Assembly (NCBI GenBank): GCA_964536865.1
Contig: CAZHYN010000021.1
Span: forward strand, 1 to 9,640
From: an uncultured Planctomycetia bacterium
GTDB taxonomy: Bacteria; Omnitrophota; Gorgyraeia; Duberdicusellales; 4484-171
Length of the DNA: 9,640 nucleotides
Direction: 5' to 3'
The translations under genes and the position numbers were made by a program. Shown here piece after piece: positions 6,883-9,640 of the stretch. Numbering within the stretch: the stretch's first letter is position 1; every line of letters starts with the position of its first letter. The notes beneath the pieces are model-generated. The model was given only the letters and a program-made list of their open reading frames with translations, had not been told where the DNA came from and ran no database searches.

Positions 6883-7636
6883 ACTAATTTTTTTTATATT
6901 TTCCTCTTTGTTTTTGGGATGCATTACTACAGAATATAATGTTGCTACCCATAAGCAAGATATATTTATCTACTCCACTGATAAAGAAGTTAACTTAGGA
7001 AGAAACCTCCATCGTAGGATTATAAAGGAATTTAAACTCTCTAAAAATCCTTTCTACATTAAAAGAGTAAGATCTATAGGGGAGAGGATTGCAGAAGTTT
7101 GTGATAGAAGAGAGTTTAATTACCGTTTTTATGTAATAGATAAAGATGAAAAAAACGCATTTAGCACTCCGGGAGGGTATGTATATATAAATAAAGGGCT
7201 ATTAGAGATTTTAAATAGCGATGATGAGATTGCCTTTGTACTTGCTCATGAGATAGCTCATATCGTTGCTCGTCATAGTATAAAAAAACTGCAGGCAGCA
7301 TTAGGTTATCAGATGTTAATTTTAGCTTCTCTACCTGCAGAAAAATCATCTTCTTTTTATCAGGGGCTTTCTTTTGCTTTGGCTCAGATTATGAGTGGTT
7401 ACTCCAGAGAAGATGAATTTAAGGCAGATGAGTTAGCAGTAAAGTATAGCAAGAAGGCAAATTTTTCTCCTTTAGCAGGGATAAAAGTATTAGAAAAACT
7501 TTATCAATTTCATAAGAAAGAAAAAGCCCACCCCCTTTCTTACTTTCGAACTCATCCCTTTATTCCTCAGAGGATAAAGCATATCAAGGAAGTTCTAGGT
7601 ATTCCTCTTACTATTTCTGATTATATGAATGAGTAA
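6869..7636 (+). CDS. M48-family zinc metalloprotease, predicted lipoprotein
   Basis: HEIAHIVARH (HExxH) with the downstream acidic motif EDEFKADELAVKY. Signal peptide with lipobox FLGC. It overlaps the pyrE 3' end by 14 nt. Confidence 0.85.
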   Translation: MISCRLIFFIFSSLFLGCITTEYNVATHKQDIFIYSTDKEVNLGRNLHRRIIKEFKLSKNPFYIKRVRSIGERIAEVCDRREFNYRFYVIDKDEKNAFSTPGGYVYINKGLLEILNSDDEIAFVLAHEIAHIVARHSIKKLQAALGYQMLILASLPAEKSSSFYQGLSFALAQIMSGYSREDEFKADELAVKYSKKANFSPLAGIKVLEKLYQFHKKEKAHPLSYFRTHPFIPQRIKHIKEVLGIPLTISDYMNE

Positions 7637-8571
7637 GGCTTTAAGCTAAGGATGAGCAATATCCCTAAAAAATTATGAAGAGTATGCACACATATAGAAT
7701 TGAATATATTTTGTGTGCGATCATAGATAAAACATAAAACTATACTCAAAGTAAATAGAGGAAGAAAGTTACCTAATCTTGGGTGGAGAAATGCAAATAT
7801 AAAGGAAACGACTAATGTAGATAGACCGAAAGAGATATTTTTTCTTAACCAGGAGAAGAGGAAACCACGGAAGAATAATTCTTCAACCACGGGTCCTAAG
7901 AATAATATCTGAAATATTAGGAGGGAAAGTAAAGCTTTACTTTTGATAGAAAAAATAACAGTTACTAGAGGATGGAATGTGCTTTCTAAGTTAAGTTTAT
8001 TAATAATAAAGTGGTTTAAAATTACCACAGGAACCAATGCTACTAAAGTGGCTGAGTAAATCATTACAAGTTTTTTAGGACAAAACGCCTGTTTCCTTAT
8101 TCCCAATCGATATTTCGGCAGAGAAGCAAGAAGACTCACTAAGATAATAACTTCTAAGATGAAATTGTAGATTATAAGGAAGGATAAATCCCTCTTAAGA
8201 TAATGATAATGTAAAAAGAATATAACCATAAAATTCAATATAAATATATTTAAGAGGACTAATATCATGGTTTTCCAGCTTTTTTCTTCTTTAATCTCCA
8301 CAATAAAGGGTTTGGAAGGCAGTAGTGGTTCTTTATTCAGTCTTTTTCCTATAATAATAAAAATGCTTGCCAACCCCAGAAAGAATAAGAGGATATACAG
8401 GAAAATAGTAAAGATAAGTAAAGGATTTTTGAAGAATTCCAGGGGATTTCCTTTAAACTTAACTACAGTTTTCTCTTTTTGGTAAGAAGTTTCTATAGAG
8501 AGATTTTGAAGAAGAATACCCCCTAAGAGAAGGAGAGTCAGTAAAAGATATAAAATTCTTTTATATTTCAT
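7621..8571 (-). CDS. CPBP (CAAX protease/Abi) family intramembrane metalloprotease with an extra N-terminal multi-TM region
   Basis: All three CPBP motifs lie in the C-terminal half: VVEELFFRGFLF (EExxxR), FIFAFLHP (FxxxH), VHTLHNFLG (HxxxN). The protein is hydrophobic throughout. It overlaps the M48 gene tail-to-tail by 16 nt. Confidence 0.85.
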   Translation of the reverse strand: MKYKRILYLLLTLLLLGGILLQNLSIETSYQKEKTVVKFKGNPLEFFKNPLLIFTIFLYILLFFLGLASIFIIIGKRLNKEPLLPSKPFIVEIKEEKSWKTMILVLLNIFILNFMVIFFLHYHYLKRDLSFLIIYNFILEVIILVSLLASLPKYRLGIRKQAFCPKKLVMIYSATLVALVPVVILNHFIINKLNLESTFHPLVTVIFSIKSKALLSLLIFQILFLGPVVEELFFRGFLFSWLRKNISFGLSTLVVSFIFAFLHPRLGNFLPLFTLSIVLCFIYDRTQNIFNSICVHTLHNFLGILLILSLKPYSFI

Positions 8572-8623
8572 TTTTTAAACTGGTTAGATAAAAAAAATAA
8601 TTTTGTTTTCTCACGAGTGTTGG

Positions 8624-9016
8624 TATGGAGGGAGGGATTTGAACCCAACCTCCGACGAAGTCGGAGTCTTTCTTTGTTGGGTCCAAAATAGCTTATCAAT
8701 TTAATATCAACCCTCATTTATTTAATCTAAAAGTTTTCTAATTCTAAATACAACCGGAGGGGGAGGGATTTGAACCCAACCTCCGACAAAGTCGGAGTCT
8801 TTTTTTGTTGGGTCCAAAATAGCTTAACGATACAACATTAATCTTCATCTATTTAACCTGAAAGCTTTTTAATTTTAAATATAACCAATGGAATAGAGAT
8901 TTGAACCCAACCTCCGACGAAGTCGGAGTCTTTCTTTGTTGGGTCCAAAATAGCTTATCAATTTAATATCAACCCTCATTTATTTAATCTAAAAGTTTTC
9001 TAATTCTAAATACAAC
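8624..9016 (-). repeat. Three tandem 131-nt units (A 8624-8754, B 8755-8885, C 8886-9016), each carrying a tRNA-Ser 3'-end-like segment and a conserved hairpin
   Basis: The anchor GATTTGAACCC recurs at 8636, 8767, 8898 and 9029 (the last is inside the real tRNA), giving an exact 131-nt period. The 59-nt core (8637-8695, 8768-8826, 8899-8957) is identical in A and C and 57/59 in B. Positions 8636-8777 equal 8898-9039 exactly (142 nt). The AT-rich tail of B has diverged but still aligns. Confidence 0.85.
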
Positions 9017-9107
9017 CGGAGGGGGAGGGATTTGAACCCCCGTCCCGACTTTAATCGGGAATCCGATTTCGAGTCGGACCCTTTAAACCAGACTCAGGCA
9101 CCCCTCC
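9017..9107 (-). tRNA. tRNA-Ser (anticodon CGA), type II with long variable arm, no encoded CCA
   Basis: The reverse complement folds as follows: acceptor GGAGGGG/CCCCTCC; anticodon stem TCCGA/TCGGA with loop CTCGAAA; variable stem CCCGA/TCGGG; T arm GGGGG-TTCAAAT-CCCTC; discriminator G. Length is 91 nt. It resembles E. coli tRNA-Ser(CGA) (TGCC.GAG..., CTCGAAA, GGGGGTTCAAATCCC). Confidence 0.9.
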
Positions 9108-9390
9108 TTATAATATCATAGGGGCTCTGCCCCTCCATGACGCTCCGTTCGTAAGAAAAACCAAAGAAGATAACCTTACTTCGCTGTCACCCCGAAGCAT
9201 ATTCAAAGAAGTGTAATTAAAGAAAAAGTATTCGCTCCGCTGACACCTCCGAAGTGTAACCAGAGAAGAGTAATTTTTAATAGCTGTTATCTTTCGTGTT
9301 CGCCTCCAAGTTATTTAAAGAAGCAAACTCCACTTACTGTTAGTTCTGTAAATTTATTAACCAATTAACTATAAGCTAATATACTACACA

Positions 9391-9473
9391 TGCGCGGGGC
9401 GGGATTTGAACCCGCAGGAGGTTTCCTCACAAGATCCTGAATCTTGCGCGTCTGCCAGTTCCGCCACCCGCGC
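9391..9473 (-). tRNA. tRNA-Leu (anticodon CAG), type II, no encoded CCA
   Basis: The reverse complement is GCGCGGG-TG-GCGGAACTGGCAGACGCG-CAAGA-TTCAGGA-TCTTG-TGAGGAAACCTCCT-GCGGG-TTCAAAT-CCCGC-CCCGCGC-A. Length is 83 nt. All four stems pair. Confidence 0.92.
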
Positions 9474-9477
9474 GTAT

Positions 9478-9506
9478 ACTTTATTTTTACCTCTTTGCCT
9501 TATCAA
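9478..9506 (-). promoter_or_regulatory. Candidate tRNA-Leu promoter (second identical copy at 9605-9633)
   Basis: Minus strand reads TTGATA (rc of 9501-9506), a 17-nt spacer, then TAAAGT (rc of 9478-9483). Only 4 nt (ATAC) lie between it and the mature 5' G at 9473. Confidence 0.45.
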
Positions 9507-9541
9507 TATTTTCAAAGCCTACTCTTTTCTCCCTTACCATT

Positions 9542-9598
9542 GCGGGAACGACTGATTAGGTGCTTGCCCTTTAGGCAAGAGTCGTTTCCGCCACCCGC
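9542..9598 (-). other. Rod-like nested stem-loop fused to the duplicated tRNA-Leu 5' fragment (possible tRNA-derived small RNA or pseudogene)
   Basis: Three nested stems: GCGGG 9542-9546 with CCCGC 9594-9598; AACGACT 9547-9553 with AGTCGTT 9580-9586; CTTGCC 9563-9568 with GGCAAG 9574-9579. There is a 9-nt one-sided bulge at 9554-9562. No T arm, anticodon arm or acceptor 3' strand is present, so it is not a tRNA. Confidence 0.4.
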
Positions 9599-9640
9599 GC
9601 GTATACTTTATTTTTACCTCTTTGCCTTATCAATATTTTC

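Larger units (their letters stand above)
9459..9640 (-). repeat. Direct repeat at a 127-nt offset: the tRNA-Leu 5' 15 nt plus its upstream promoter region
   Basis: Positions 9459-9513 are identical to 9586-9640 (55 nt). The second copy is cut by the window end. Confidence 0.85.

Noticed and set aside
7161-7349. Minus-strand ORF inside the M48 protease gene
   Set aside because: It is antisense to the region encoding the HExxH active site, and there is no independent support for it.
8267-8485. Plus-strand ORF inside the CPBP gene
   Set aside because: It is an antisense shadow ORF within a well-supported membrane protein gene.
8650-8682. Reading the unit hairpin plus TCTTTCTTTGTT as a plus-strand intrinsic terminator
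   Set aside because: No plus-strand gene lies upstream, because the CPBP gene is on the minus strand and starts at 8571. The T-rich run is also half of the outer stem's bulge and pairing region. A role in blocking antisense transcription cannot be excluded.
8639-8704. Plus-strand mini-ORFs in the units (TTG start, MNPTSDEVGVFLCWVQNSLSI) preceded by GGAGG
   Set aside because: The apparent Shine-Dalgarno sequence is just the complement of the tRNA acceptor 3' strand. The start is TTG, unit C lacks the GGAGG, and both A/B differences are non-synonymous.
8624-9016. CRISPR array interpretation of the 131-nt periodic repeats
   Set aside because: The period is about twice that of CRISPR arrays, and the conserved part (about 59 nt or more) is too long. 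The variable parts of units A and C are identical to each other and homologous to that of B, so they are not unique spacers. No cas genes are present in the window.
8572-9640. Integrated prophage or genomic island at the tRNA genes
   Set aside because: No integrase, transposase or cargo ORFs are visible. The units between repeated tRNA ends are only 131 or 127 nt. An island beyond position 9640 remains possible.

Overview
AT-rich window with very GC-rich tRNA stems, which suggests a thermophilic bacterium (inference only). Positions 1-8571 are densely packed housekeeping genes. From the left: the first 13 codons of a leftward gene, a small predicted outer-membrane beta-barrel protein, and a MutT-like Nudix hydrolase. 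A complete phosphate-uptake operon follows on the minus strand (pstS-pstC-pstA-pstB-pstB-phoU) with stop/start overlaps between most genes. Then come pyrE with an overlapping M48 lipoprotein metalloprotease on the plus strand, and a convergent CPBP (CAAX/Abi) intramembrane protease. Positions 8572-9640 contain no long ORF and are the unusual part. They hold tRNA-Ser(CGA) and tRNA-Leu(CAG), both on the minus strand and neither with an encoded CCA. Directly downstream of tRNA-Ser lie three tandem 131-nt units, each ending in a copy of the tRNA-Ser T-arm/acceptor 3' end joined to a conserved double-stem hairpin. Upstream of tRNA-Leu, the promoter plus the first 15 nt of the tRNA are duplicated at a 127-nt offset and fused to a different hairpin of the same architecture; this repeat runs off the window edge. 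I cannot assign these tRNA-end modules to any element class I know. They are the best candidate for something undescribed, with integrase att scars, small tRNA-derived RNA genes and short peptide genes as competing readings. The second notable point is the PstB pair. Its motif substitutions all fall on one composite ATP site, predicting a heterodimer with one consensus and one degenerate site. No cas genes, integrase, transposase or toxin genes are visible.
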